Notes: a model not told the origin generated them from the sequence alone. A stretch of 33,694 nucleotides of DNA from Adineta ricciae (GCA_905250025.1 CAJNOJ010000319.1:48964-82657), one strand, 5' to 3'; positions 1 through 10,782 are shown, counted from the stretch's first letter. Program-made: numbers and translations.

Positions 1-342
1 ATGCACCTATGTACATCGCAACGTTTCCTCTTTTGATTGTCTTATTTCAATTTACAGATCCACTTAAAGCATCTGTTATGAAAATAATCAAATGCCGATC
101 AAATGCGATCGTCGCAAGAGTGACATAAATTATTGAAAAACATTAAGAAACATCGTGTTCAACTCTCTTGTCATTTTATTTCTGTATTAATACAAGTCTT
201 AATCATCTAATCGCTTTGAAGATGTGTCCGGTTAATGATGGTAGAATTTGAGTAAAATAATAAAAAAGAAAAGCAAAAAATCACAGGGGGAAAGATATAA
301 AAATTTAATGTTATTCAGTTTAGTTTATTATACTATGTTTGA

Positions 343-1431
343 TTATGAATCTTGTTTCGTCTTCCATTCTTGTTTGCATTTTGCCAAGAGTTGATCTTTT
401 GTTGGTTTCGCACCATTGTTTTCTTTGAAAAGTACAACTAATATTCCAATATAAGCTTCTCCAAATGCTGTAGTAATGGATGTTGCAACAGCCGCATCAA
501 TTATACCACCGGCAACTGATCCAACGCCTGGAATAAACTTTAATAGCGATGCCAAACCGAGTCCAACAATAGATGCACCACTTGCTGTTGCAAAAATTCC
601 CCATAAAGCAAGAATAACACTTCGTTCGATCTCAAAACCAAAAACTGCTGTTATAGATATAATCATTCCTATTTCAATTGGTACAAGAACTGCCATATCA
701 GAGAATGGTATTGGTATAGCTCCGGCTGCTGCCGCAGCGATTGCTGATGCTCCGACAATTCCATGTGCCTTGAGGATTTTTGCACTGAAATCGGCATTTT
801 GAGCAGCAAGAAAAGCGATCTGTTGTGCTGCTGGGAGTAATTCCTGTGTCGTTTTCACGAGGCTTGGAAGTCCTGTTGACGGAATAGGTGGATATCCTTT
901 GCGTATACTCTTCTCCTTCGCAACAACAGGTATAACTTTAGGATCTTGAAATTTTTGTTGAATTATATTAAATAAAGTGTTGTCTTCATCGTAAGATTGT
1001 GTAATAACAATAACTACTGGAATATACTTGGAAATCATTTCCACAAAGGCAATTTCCCCTTCTTCCAGTCGATTCGACGTGTGTGAAATACACATCCAAG
1101 CTATGTGAATATGTTCATTTATATCCTTATTCTTTTGACACCGCTTTATAAACGAACAAACTTCTTCCATTATTTTTTTAAATTCTTTCATTTCAAGACC
1201 ACGTGAATCAAACAGTGTTACTGAAGTACCTGGTATCGCATATTTCTGTATATTCTTGGTAACTGGTGAACCTGTGCCAGTTGTGGCTACATCTTCTTTG
1301 AATACTGCATTGATCAGAGTACTTTTACCAACACCAGTACGACCAACAACTATTATATTTGTTCGACCTAACTGCTTGATTTCGGCGTCAATATTTCGAA
1401 GTAAACTTTCATCCGTTTGAAAACCTGCCAT
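343..1431 (-). CDS. P-loop GTPase fused to a Gly/Ala-rich DUF697-like membrane domain; single exon, bacterial-type architecture
   Basis: 362-aa intronless ORF. It has a Walker A/G1 motif GRTGVGKSTLINAV and a DxxG-like LFDSRGLE. The C-terminal half is Gly/Ala/Ile-rich with predicted membrane helices (AIAAAAAGAIPIPFSDMAVLVPIEIGMIISITAVFGFE ... GLGLASLLKFIPGVGSVAGGIIDAAVATSITTAFGEAY). This resembles DUF697 (YcjF-like) domains fused to MMR_HSR1-type GTPases in bacteria. The family assignment is from memory, not from a search. Confidence 0.55.
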   Translation of the reverse strand: MAGFQTDESLLRNIDAEIKQLGRTNIIVVGRTGVGKSTLINAVFKEDVATTGTGSPVTKNIQKYAIPGTSVTLFDSRGLEMKEFKKIMEEVCSFIKRCQKNKDINEHIHIAWMCISHTSNRLEEGEIAFVEMISKYIPVVIVITQSYDEDNTLFNIIQQKFQDPKVIPVVAKEKSIRKGYPPIPSTGLPSLVKTTQELLPAAQQIAFLAAQNADFSAKILKAHGIVGASAIAAAAAGAIPIPFSDMAVLVPIEIGMIISITAVFGFEIERSVILALWGIFATASGASIVGLGLASLLKFIPGVGSVAGGIIDAAVATSITTAFGEAYIGILVVLFKENNGAKPTKDQLLAKCKQEWKTKQDS

Positions 1432-2484
1432 TCTTATTGATTTGTAAACGACAAAAAAATCAACTATAAATGAATAACAGAAACTGTATTTAAAAAAAGA
1501 GAATTGTCATGTCAGTAAAAGTTATTTTATTGTCAACCAATGTAAAGAGTTTTTGCTAATTTCAGCTATTTATTTTTATGCATCATCGCTAAAAATCCGA
1601 TTTGCTGATGTTTTTCTCCCAATAGCGCAAAAGGCAAACCTCTACAGTTTAGTTATTCTTTCGAATAAAACGCAAATGCTCGAGCATTAATCATATTTGT
1701 CTTACGAATACTATAGTAGGGAACGCCACCTATAATCTAGAGCGTCGTAGAGAGTTATTGACGATATTATTGTGAATCAAATAGACATGTAATTTTAACT
1801 CTCTGTTAATTTTGAAAGTTTATTTAAAGTTATTTTTCTTTTTGTTTGAATTGCGGTTGATCAGTAATCGGAATTTTTCTCACAATCTTATGAAATTCTA
1901 TGAAATAAAGAGAAAGAGAAAAAAATCATGTAGTCGTAATGACTAAAAGTACATTGCTTTGTTTACAGGAACACTTTTAACGATTCTATCTTCTATTGAC
2001 CGTCAATATGTGAACAGATGAAATTTATTTTGTTTAATTTGATTATCTTTATAAGAATTATACTCCATGTACATTTCGAGTATTTCAGGCTTGTCAAAAA
2101 AAGCGATGCTAACATCGATAGATGAAAAGAAAAGAAGATGGACAGAGAGAAGGCACCAGCTCTTTCTGATTCGAATTGTTTGGTATACGAACAGAGATGC
2201 ATTAGAATAAATATCAGTTATATCAAACATATTAATGGCATTATTGAATTAAATAGATTTGTTTTTTTTTCATTCAATTATGAATTGATTGAAAGAAGAA
2301 ACATTTTTCAAAGAGAAAAAAAGAACACTTTTGTCTCGTTCTATTTTTGTTTTCTCTACTGCACGACCTGATGAAAACTGGAAAATTTTCAGTTGAGAGA
2401 AAAACTATATAAAAAAAGTATCACACTTAAGCTCTGTTTTACCATTGCTTCTCTATTTATTTGACATACTAATCAAGTGAAGGA

Positions 2485-4252
2485 ATGTCTTTGAATGCCA
2501 ATGATGAATTAGATCTTTCACATCCATGGTTGATTGAGTTGCATCCGGACGACAATCAGGAAGCGAATAATGCAGTGGGCAACGTTGTACAACAAGTTGA
2601 AAGAATGAAAATCATTGAATCGCATGAAAGTGCACATCTTGGGGTTTCGAAATCATGGATGGAACATGAAAAAGTGACAGGCGAAATCATCAATCAAGCA
2701 GCGAAACGAGCTGCAGCCGAAACTTTCGAAAACATTTGTGTCTATCACCCAACTCAAAACCACAAGTCGTCGCGAAATGGATCAGATATTAGACCTGATT
2801 TTGTTATTGCATGGAGCTGCGATGGTGCTCGAGAGAATACAGCTATTGTAGATGCTAAGGATCATCATGGACACGTTCCACGCAGTGAATACGACAAAAT
2901 TCGTCGGGATATGAAAGAGACTCAAGTAAGAAGTGTTATTTTATTATCCGATGATCTTTGAATATCTTGTTATAAATAATTTTCAGGCAACACGAGGTAT
3001 TCTTGTCCTTGGAAAACATGCATCCATCAGTGATAAACTACGTGATGATATCGAAAAAGATAACAAAGTTGATATTGTTCACGTCAGTGATAATCGAGAT
3101 GAGACAATTCGTCAAGTTTCACAATATATTGGGAAAATCGTTGATCCAAACTTCGTTCTCGATGATCAACGATGGAAAACATATGAGTCACATGTTAATA
3201 TAACTGAACATCAAAAAGAACGAAGACTCAATCGACATGGAGATAGTTCTCATTACACATCCGATAGTATTTATTATCGTTTCAATTATCCTAAGAAACA
3301 AGATGGTACAATCGATGAACGATACGCAGCCAATCAAGATAGAAATAGAGATGGAGGACCCGATATGCGTATGATACATAATAAAACACAACAAGCTCAA
3401 GAACAACATTTAAATCAAGATGGATCAAATGACATGCGTAATAAAGAACATCGTGAACAACTAATCGACGTTACTGGTCATCATACAAATACAGATGGAT
3501 CACTTGATATGCGTTTTAAAGAAAATAAAGAAGAATCATCACCCACTAGTCCGTCGATTGTTAACAACGAACAAAATACAGACAATGCCGATATGCGTTT
3601 GAAAGTGAATCGAGCAAATGTAGTTGATAGTGAAGGTCATCGTCAAAATATCGATGGTTCTCCAGATATGCGTTGTAAAGAAAATCAAGAAGGTAAATTA
3701 CTATTGGAAATACACATCATTATTTCATTCAAATAGTTTTTACACATTATTTAGACGCAAATCCATCGGAAGGATATAAGCAAATAAACACAGAAATTCC
3801 AACCAAAAACGATGGTACAGCCGATATGCGATATACGATAAGCAAAGAAGCAGTTGCTTCAGGTGTAATCACATCTGACGAAAATCTTGTCCAGACAAAT
3901 GAATCATCATCAGTGAATGGAAATGAAATAACTTCGCGTAGAAATTTCCACAACATTATTCTCATAACGTTATTTAATTTGAAATTTTTATTTTGTAGAA
4001 GAATCTTTTATGAATGATATTCCAACAAAAAGCGACGGTACAGCCGATATGAGATATTCAGCTAGTCAAGATGCAGTAGCCTCTGGAGATATTAGTCGTG
4101 ATCAAGTTCTAACTGAAGGTAATGAATTTTCATCATTAAATCTCTGCTTTGAATTTGAAATGTTTTTCTCTGTAGGAACGATGGGAGGTGCTGGTGATGG
4201 TCCTTTAAAAGCGGATGGTACACCAGATATGCGCTTTAGCGCTAATCAATAA
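2485..4252 (+). CDS. Multi-exon gene for a repeat protein with about 9 copies of a DG[TS]xDMR[FYCLM] motif; N-terminal region has a possible PD-(D/E)XK-like signature
   Basis: Exons inferred from GT/AG sites and frame continuity: 2485..2925, 2987..3692, 3755..3937 (donor uncertain), 3999..4118, 4176..4252 (stop TAA). Introns are 57-62 bp. Repeated peptide modules are DGTIDERY, GGPDMRM, DGSNDMRN, DGSLDMRF, DNADMRL, DGSPDMRC, DGTADMRYT, DGTADMRYSASQ and DGTPDMRFSANQ. The last three are also near-identical at nucleotide level (gatggtacagccgatatgcgatat vs gacggtacagccgatatgagatat). The N-terminal segment RPDFVIAW...TAIVDAKDHH resembles a PD...(D/E)xK nuclease core; that is inference only. Confidence 0.5.
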
Positions 4253-4585
4253 AAACAAGAGAAGAATAAATTCTAGAATTTCAATGTTTTATCCGCGATT
4301 GGTATTTTTAATCTGTACAATATCTTGTCGGAAAAACTTGATCAACAAAATAAAATTCATCATGATTCACCTCGATCATTATGAAAGAGAAGATTTGGCT
4401 CGTTCTGTTTAAAAGTTTACTCAGCCAGTCATTGACGAACAGATACTAATTTGAGCGTCCTTCCGAGATTTGATTGAAAAGTCTCAGTTATTTATTTACA
4501 CTGTGGCCTTTGATCCACCATAAGTAGCAAAAAACAAATTTCTATGTCAATATTTTCATCCGACGTGGAAAAACAACGTAGATGT

Positions 4586-6514
4586 TTAATCGCGTTGTAG
4601 AAATGTTTTGATATCAAAATAAATTAATCCGAAAACTGATTTAATCGTTCGAAAATGTTGAATAATTGGATAAATTCCAACAATAGAAAATGAAACAAAT
4701 AACCAAATGATTCCCAAACAAATCCAACAAGTAAAAAATGTTTCGGAAAAAATATACGATGATGCAAACATTGGCCATGGCCAAATGACAATGAAACAGA
4801 TTGTTATTCCAATTGCTAAAAAACAAATGGATCGTGAATTGTCTTTTAAATAAATAATTGCACGTTCAATTTCAACAATTGTTGAATTATTTGTATTTAC
4901 TAAATCATCTTCAATTAAAGCAATTCTTCTCATTGATACAAAATCATAAGGATTTTCATTTGGTTTAATCAAATTCAATAAAGGAATAAATAAACAAGGA
5001 CTTAATAATGCAACAAGATTTCCAATGAGCATTGATAAATTTGATCCCGTTGTTTGAATATTAATTTTTTCAAAGAAATATTTTGTTGTTAATAACCAAG
5101 AAACAATTGAACATATTAAACCCAATAATGGTGAAAGACAAACAGCTAATTTGTTTTGTTTAGTCGATAAAAGTGTGAGTATAACTGGTACAACAGCACT
5201 TGATATGAGAATTCCCATTAATGTATATAAATAACCCATACTGATTGAACTATAATATAAACCAATAGATAAAATAATCATTATTAAGACAAAAATCAAT
5301 AAAGATAAATGTGAAATAAAAAATAATCGTTTTTTCGATGCATTTGGATGAAAATAAGTTCGATAAATATCAAATGTGATTATTGAAGTAACAGCAATGA
5401 ATTGTGAAGACATTGCACTCGTACATGCTAAATAGATCAAAATAAAACTTAATAAACTTCCAGTTTTTCCAAGTAAAACAATTGCAGCTGAAGGTAATGT
5501 TAAACCAGATGTTATTTCATCTACATTTAATCGATTTGGATATGTTGGAAATAAAGGATTTGTTTGAAGTGTTATAGCAACAATACCCATAGTTGTACCA
5601 GTTACAAATGGTATTGCAAACCATGCTAAACCAGCAAGAATATATGCACGTACAATCGATTTTGAAGAAGCAGCAATGACTTTATTATAATATCCATTAT
5701 CAAGAAAAACTGTTCCAAAATTTCCAACAAGATTTATTAAATAAAACATTAAACCATTTCGAGAATTGAGTGTTAAGTAAGAACCTTGAAAATTTCCATC
5801 AACTGGATGATTTAAACTTTCATTAACAAGTAAAGTATAAATTTGAGAAAATGAACCCAATAAAGATGATGTTCGATATGTTACAAAAGTAAAAATGAAT
5901 ATGATGACAACAATAATGACATTATGAATATAATTTGTTAAAAATGTTGCTTTTAATCCTCCAAATATTGTATAAATTATTGTTCCCAATGGTAATAAAA
6001 AACATATTGCAATAATATTCATTCCACATAATGAATGAATAACAGCCGAACCACCTGTTAATAACATTGATGTAACAAGAATATTTGTAAATAAGAAGAA
6101 TAGAATAAATATCCAATGTCCTTCTCGACCATATCGTGCACGAATGATTTCTAAATATGTATGAGCAAATGGTGCTCGATGTTTAAATTCAATTGCAATA
6201 ATTGAAAATAAAATAATTTGAATTGTTGCACCATTTGCGTACCAAAATGCACCGGATATTCCATAGAGATAAGTAACTGAAGTTGATTGTAAAAGTGTAG
6301 CAGCCCATGTCCATGATGAAACAATTGATGATGATAATAAACCTGATCGAATCTTTCGATTTGCTGTTAAATATGTTTCACTTGACATTTGATTTTCACC
6401 ATTGAATCTTTGTAAAAGAAGTGTTATTCCAATCATCATAGAACTAAATAATAATCCAAAACCAATTAATATTATATAACCATCGATTTGTGTTAAGAAT
6501 GATGTTGTAAACAT
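4586..6514 (-). CDS. DUR3: Urea active transporter DUR3 (sodium:solute symporter family); single exon
   Basis: 642-aa intronless ORF with about 14 predicted TM segments. Long stretches closely resemble fungal/plant DUR3: AHTYLEIIRARYG, FTNILVTSMLLTGGSAV, FLLPLGTIIYTIFGGLKATFLTNYIH, HPVDGNFQGSYLTL, LINLVGNFGTVFLDNGYYNK. DUR3 is not a typical metazoan gene family. Confidence 0.88.
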   Translation of the reverse strand: MFTTSFLTQIDGYIILIGFGLLFSSMMIGITLLLQRFNGENQMSSETYLTANRKIRSGLLSSSIVSSWTWAATLLQSTSVTYLYGISGAFWYANGATIQIILFSIIAIEFKHRAPFAHTYLEIIRARYGREGHWIFILFFLFTNILVTSMLLTGGSAVIHSLCGMNIIAICFLLPLGTIIYTIFGGLKATFLTNYIHNVIIVVIIFIFTFVTYRTSSLLGSFSQIYTLLVNESLNHPVDGNFQGSYLTLNSRNGLMFYLINLVGNFGTVFLDNGYYNKVIAASSKSIVRAYILAGLAWFAIPFVTGTTMGIVAITLQTNPLFPTYPNRLNVDEITSGLTLPSAAIVLLGKTGSLLSFILIYLACTSAMSSQFIAVTSIITFDIYRTYFHPNASKKRLFFISHLSLLIFVLIMIILSIGLYYSSISMGYLYTLMGILISSAVVPVILTLLSTKQNKLAVCLSPLLGLICSIVSWLLTTKYFFEKINIQTTGSNLSMLIGNLVALLSPCLFIPLLNLIKPNENPYDFVSMRRIALIEDDLVNTNNSTIVEIERAIIYLKDNSRSICFLAIGITICFIVIWPWPMFASSYIFSETFFTCWICLGIIWLFVSFSIVGIYPIIQHFRTIKSVFGLIYFDIKTFLQRD

Positions 6515-7287
6515 TTCTTTTTCTTTTTTTCAAATACAAAATGAAACTTTTGTAGAAAACGATGTTCGTTATATTTTCAACTGAAAAGGAAATAAATACG
6601 TAGGATTAGAATAGAAGAATCCATGCAGAATAATAACACCAGTAGACTTTGTCAGTATTGAAGGAAATCGACTTTCAAGTACTTTTCTCGAACAAAACAT
6701 TCAATTTATTTGAACAAGTACAGATACTTCAACAATTTCGACTTTTGAATCTTTATCAAACAATTCTCTTTTGATAATAAGAAAATCACAAGTGCGTGAG
6801 TACCGATACAAAATGTACACGCATCAACACATCCTCTACTCTCACCAAAGACAATACATAAGAAAAACGACAACTCCTAGCACATGCAATCGGCACATGA
6901 GGGTGAGGACCCGGAACTTGCAAAACAACAGTAAAAACGAAAAACACGCCTCATCTTCCGAGGACTGTTGGGGGTGTCCCTCACCATAACCCGATTCCTT
7001 GCCAAAACAATCCGCACTCACACCATCCATAATCCTGTACTCATGTATTTGTACTGATACCGAGGTATGTGTAGACTCATTTACTCAGTACAAAAGTATT
7101 CTTTTGTGTTAAACTCGCAATTATCGTTATATTCGAGTTGAAACATATAGTTCGATGTTTAGATTGAAAAGAATTACGATAAATTTTTATTAAAATTGAC
7201 AAAAAATGATTCGAAGAAAATCTTTTTAAAATGAAAACTGAATAAAATTTTCATCTAAAACTAAATTATTTATGAATAAAAGAGAAT

Positions 7288-7884
7288 TTAACCGGAATGA
7301 ATCTTTTTATTTGTATGATCTCTTGCAGCAATTGCTAAGAAATAAAATTCATCAGGAATTTTATTTGATAAAACTTGTAAATCATATTTATTTTTCCAAA
7401 ACAATGATGAAATTCTTTTATGAAATTTTGCTAAAATTTCTTTATTTGATTGATCAATAAAAGTTGTATTTAATGACGCTGCTTTTCCTTCCATTGTTAA
7501 ATCAATTGAATTATAATTTAAAGTGAATTTATTTCCAACAATTTTATAATTTTGATTGATTGTTCCATTTTTCCATTGATTTAGATTTTTATTAAGAATC
7601 GCAATGGTTCCTTTGTATAAAACAACACTAATCTTTGCTTTTAATAAACCAATAGGATTTTTTTTTGTTAAACCTTGAAATAATTTCACATTATGTGTCG
7701 CACCGAATTTCGATTCCATTCGAAATAAAGCATTTTTACCTTGGGTATCATAAATTGTAAATTCTCCACCTTTCAAACCACTAATTAAATCTTTTTTGAT
7801 TAAATAAGTTCGGTTTACTGCATGAGAATATTCATTACAGAGAAAGAAAAGAAACAAAACCAAAATTGTACTTGTTTGAGACAT
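7288..7884 (-). CDS. Secreted LURP-one-related (LOR/DUF567, tubby-C-like) family protein; single exon
   Basis: 198-aa ORF with an N-terminal signal peptide (MSQTSTILVLFLFFLCNEYSHA). FTIYDTQGKNALFRMESKFGATHNVKLF matches the LOR motif F-V-TD-x-G-x-LF-V...H-D-x-VLL. The C-terminal ILAKFHKR...DLQVL...DEFYFLAIAARD matches the LOR C-terminal conserved block. The family is mostly plant/fungal/bacterial. Confidence 0.45.
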   Translation of the reverse strand: MSQTSTILVLFLFFLCNEYSHAVNRTYLIKKDLISGLKGGEFTIYDTQGKNALFRMESKFGATHNVKLFQGLTKKNPIGLLKAKISVVLYKGTIAILNKNLNQWKNGTINQNYKIVGNKFTLNYNSIDLTMEGKAASLNTTFIDQSNKEILAKFHKRISSLFWKNKYDLQVLSNKIPDEFYFLAIAARDHTNKKIHSG

Positions 7885-8067
7885 TTTATTTCGTGAAAAT
7901 GAATTTCGTTCGTAAATGGATATTTCATTAACTTTTTTTCTTCTCTTTTCTTATCTAATTTTATCAAACACACAAAAAAAAAGAAAATCTCGGTTAGAAT
8001 TTCCCAATTAAATTTTGTTATTTGATCTTTCGATCAACCTTGATTTGTCATCGAACAAAATGTTCTA

Positions 8068-8462
8068 TTAAATGGCTAAACCATAAACTGATACAACCGC
8101 GTACATCGATTCATTTTCCCAACTAAAATTCAAATGAAGAAGAAACTTCTCGTAAGAAAAAAGCAAATGTTTTACTGAAATGTTGATGAACAATCTTGAT
8201 CAAAATCCCAAAAACATGAACTTGTTGTATGAAGAGCTGAATGATTCTTTTGCATAATAACACAATAAACAATGTATTTATAATGATGATTTAATTTAAC
8301 AATTGAATCTAAAATAATTTCAACAATATTTGATGTCCATTGATTCATTTGATTTGCTTGATAAGATTGATAACCGATAGTTAATTCAATTGTTTCACTA
8401 ATAATCTTTTGGATTTCTTTATCATCATATTTTTCATAATCGAATTCATTCATTCTTTCCAT
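8068..8462 (-). CDS. Tctex-1 family dynein light chain, 2 exons (8176..8462 and 8068..8122; 53-bp intron)
   Basis: Exon 1 ends ...YKYIVYCVIMQKNHSALHTTSSCFWDFDQDCSSTF, then a CA|GTAAAA donor in phase 2. The acceptor ttttag|TTGGGAAAATGAATCG gives HWENESMYAVVSVYGLAI*. This reconstitutes the canonical Tctex C-terminus (SSCFWD...WEN..MY..VS.FGL.I) in a protein of about 113 aa. Confidence 0.8.
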
Positions 8463-9422
8463 TTGTTTGTTTCTCTTTTAAATAATGAAGACAAACGGTT
8501 TTTTACCTTTCGATTCGTTTAAACAAGAAAATTCTTTCAAAAGCAAAAATATTTTTTCTTTTTCTTTTCAAGTGAAAATTGTTTTGTTGATTTTGAAAAA
8601 GAAAAACTAATTAATAGTTGATTTTCAATTTTCCTTTGATTAAGATTCAAACGAATAGTCAATTGAGTGAAAAGAAAATGAATATATAAAATCTTATTCC
8701 CAATAATAATGATTTACAATCAAAGAAGAAAACACAAAGTCGAATTTAACAATGCTGATGAAGTTATCGACAAAATTAATTTCATAAAAATCATAGTAAA
8801 TGCTGGAAATATTGTATAAAACAGAAAATATGAAGAGATTTATTTGAAAAATAATGAATGATTTGAATTAGAAAATATTTCCATGTAATTCATTGTTTAT
8901 CTTAATTTCTTAAAAACAACATAAATGTATAAATAAATGATATAGAAATGATCATTCGTCTGAAAATTTGCAAATCATCTTGATATTTTCAGCTAAACAA
9001 ATATTTTCTTGTCTTTGACGTCTTGCGCATCTATTTTCTTCTCACACCCCTCATCTATTTTTATCGACTATTTCTTATCATTTGCGTAGGATTCACACTA
9101 ATAGATCGAATATTCTTCAAAAACTAAGATGAAAACAATCTTTCATTCGTTTCCAACAAATGAAATATCTTTTCCAATCGTAATTGATCAAATGAAAATT
9201 TCCGATCGGAAACAGATTGAAAATGATTTTGTGTGAAGAAAATATTGAATAGTTTTCGAAAGATGATAAAGCTTTTTTTTTTGTCGAAAACAAATGACAA
9301 ATGAGAAAAGAATCTCATTTGTAAGAAAAGAAAAATGGCGTTATCATCGATGACATGAGACATTTTCTATTGAATATAAAATGAAATTTTGAGAAACAAA
9401 TCTTTAAAAAAAAGAAGCGAAA

Positions 9423-10679
9423 ATGAAATCGAAAAATTTGTTTTATTATTTGGCAATTACAATTGGAACATCATCATTATTATATCGATCATTTCAATTG
9501 ATTAAAAAGAAATTTTTCTTGAAAAGAAAAGTTTATTTAAATGGTTTATCATGTTCATTTCCATTGAATTGTTATTCTCAAGATGAAATGAAAGAAATGT
9601 TTATTGAAAATTATTGTGGCGGAAAAGAAAATCTTCTGGAAAAAGATTTTGATTTTATTCAACGAGTTTTTCAAGCTTCATGTATTGACACATCTTATGT
9701 GAATTTATCAAAAAATAATTTATTCAAACGAATGAAAAGAGAAGAATATACAAATTATGTTAAACAAACTTTAATTGAAATTTCATGTAAATCAGCGAAA
9801 AATGCCATTGAAAATTGTCTTCATTTAAATTCCAATGAAATTACTCATATTATTTTTGGAACAATGACAGGAACAATTGCAGCACCATCAATGGATATTC
9901 ATCTTGTTAAAGAACTTCAATTAAATTCAAATATAAAACGTTTAAATGTTGAATCAATGGGTTGTTTAACTGGTTTTCGATTAATTGGTTTATGTAATGA
10001 TATTGCATTACAAGATGAAAATAATATTGTTTTATTAATTGTTTCTGATATTCGTTCAGCTTTGGGAAATCAATTAACGCCATTTGAATCCAATCAACCA
10101 ATTGATAAATCCAATGTGATTATTTCTGCACTTTTTCGTGATTCATCTGGTGCAGCGATATTTTCTCAAAAAGCAATTTTCTCCAACGAACTTTCCTATT
10201 GTCACATTTTAAAACATCAATCAACAATTATTCCAGATACAATTGAATTGGGTCGTTTAAAAGAATTCAATGATTCAAGTATTCATCTTTATTTAGATAA
10301 ACAATTGCCTTATGCTGTTTTTGATGCTCTTCCAAATTTTGTTTCGAAATTATTAAATGAATATCAAATTGATATTTATCATTGTCAATTTGCTGTTCAT
10401 ACGGGTGGACCAAAAATTATTCGTGGAATAAAAGAATGTTTAAATTTAGATGATGAACAATTATGTTCATCATGGTATGTAATGACACATTATGGAAATC
10501 TTAGTGGATCAAGTAATCTCGTTGTTTTGGAACATTTTTGTCGATGGAAATATTCGGAAAATAAACCAAATGAAAAAGGAATTTGTTTTCCCAAAGATTT
10601 CAATCGATATAAATATATTGTTGGACTTTCATTTGGACCGGGAATTGCTGTTGAAGGTGTTTTATTCCAATTAGAATGA
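9423..10679 (+). CDS. Type III polyketide synthase (chalcone/stilbene synthase superfamily); single exon with a hydrophobic N-terminal extension
   Basis: 418-aa intronless ORF. The Cys-His-Asn catalytic triad motifs are all present: ESMGCLTGFRLIGL (active-site Cys in the GCxxG context), AVHTGGPKIIRGI (His in the H-x-GG context) and THYGNLSGSSNLVVLEH (Asn in the GN-x-SS context). GLSFGPGIAVEGVLFQ is the conserved C-terminal GFGPG loop. The N-terminal about 30 aa (LFYYLAITIGTSSLLY) look like a membrane anchor. Confidence 0.85.
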   Translation: MKSKNLFYYLAITIGTSSLLYRSFQLIKKKFFLKRKVYLNGLSCSFPLNCYSQDEMKEMFIENYCGGKENLLEKDFDFIQRVFQASCIDTSYVNLSKNNLFKRMKREEYTNYVKQTLIEISCKSAKNAIENCLHLNSNEITHIIFGTMTGTIAAPSMDIHLVKELQLNSNIKRLNVESMGCLTGFRLIGLCNDIALQDENNIVLLIVSDIRSALGNQLTPFESNQPIDKSNVIISALFRDSSGAAIFSQKAIFSNELSYCHILKHQSTIIPDTIELGRLKEFNDSSIHLYLDKQLPYAVFDALPNFVSKLLNEYQIDIYHCQFAVHTGGPKIIRGIKECLNLDDEQLCSSWYVMTHYGNLSGSSNLVVLEHFCRWKYSENKPNEKGICFPKDFNRYKYIVGLSFGPGIAVEGVLFQLE

Positions 10680-10696
10680 GAGAAAAGTCAATATGT

Positions 10697-10768
10697 GCCT
10701 CTATAGCTCAGTGGTAGAGCGCCAGTCTTGTAAACTGGAGGTCCGTAGTTCGATCCTGCGTGGAGGCA
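10697..10768 (+). tRNA. tRNA-Thr (anticodon UGU), 72 nt, no encoded CCA
   Basis: The manually folded cloverleaf has these parts. Acceptor stem GCCTCTA/TGGAGGC. D-stem GCTC/GAGC with loop AGTGGTA. Anticodon stem CCAGT/ACTGG with loop C-T-TGT-A-A. Variable loop AGGTC. T-stem CGTAG/CTGCG with loop TTCGATC. Discriminator A. Internal A-box TAGCTCAGTGG and B-box AGTTCGATCC. It is followed directly by an oligo-T tract. Confidence 0.9.
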
Positions 10769-10782
10769 TTTTCGTTTTTTTT
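10769..10782 (+). terminator. RNA polymerase III oligo(dT) terminator of the tRNA-Thr gene
   Basis: ttttcgtttttttt lies immediately 3' of the tRNA discriminator base. This is the eukaryotic Pol III termination signal and supports a eukaryotic origin for the window. Confidence 0.6.

Noticed and set aside
476-802. 108-aa plus-strand ORF (MDVATAASIIPPATDPTPG...) antisense to the GTPase gene
   Set aside because: It is the mirror image of the Gly/Ala-rich DUF697-like coding segment on the minus strand, so the open frame is a compositional by-product. It has no start context or motif of its own.
1993-2371. Three overlapping 69-77 aa ORFs on both strands
   Set aside because: They are low-complexity AT-rich translations (poly-F/I/K/N) with no domain signal. 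They lie in the divergent promoter region between two genes.
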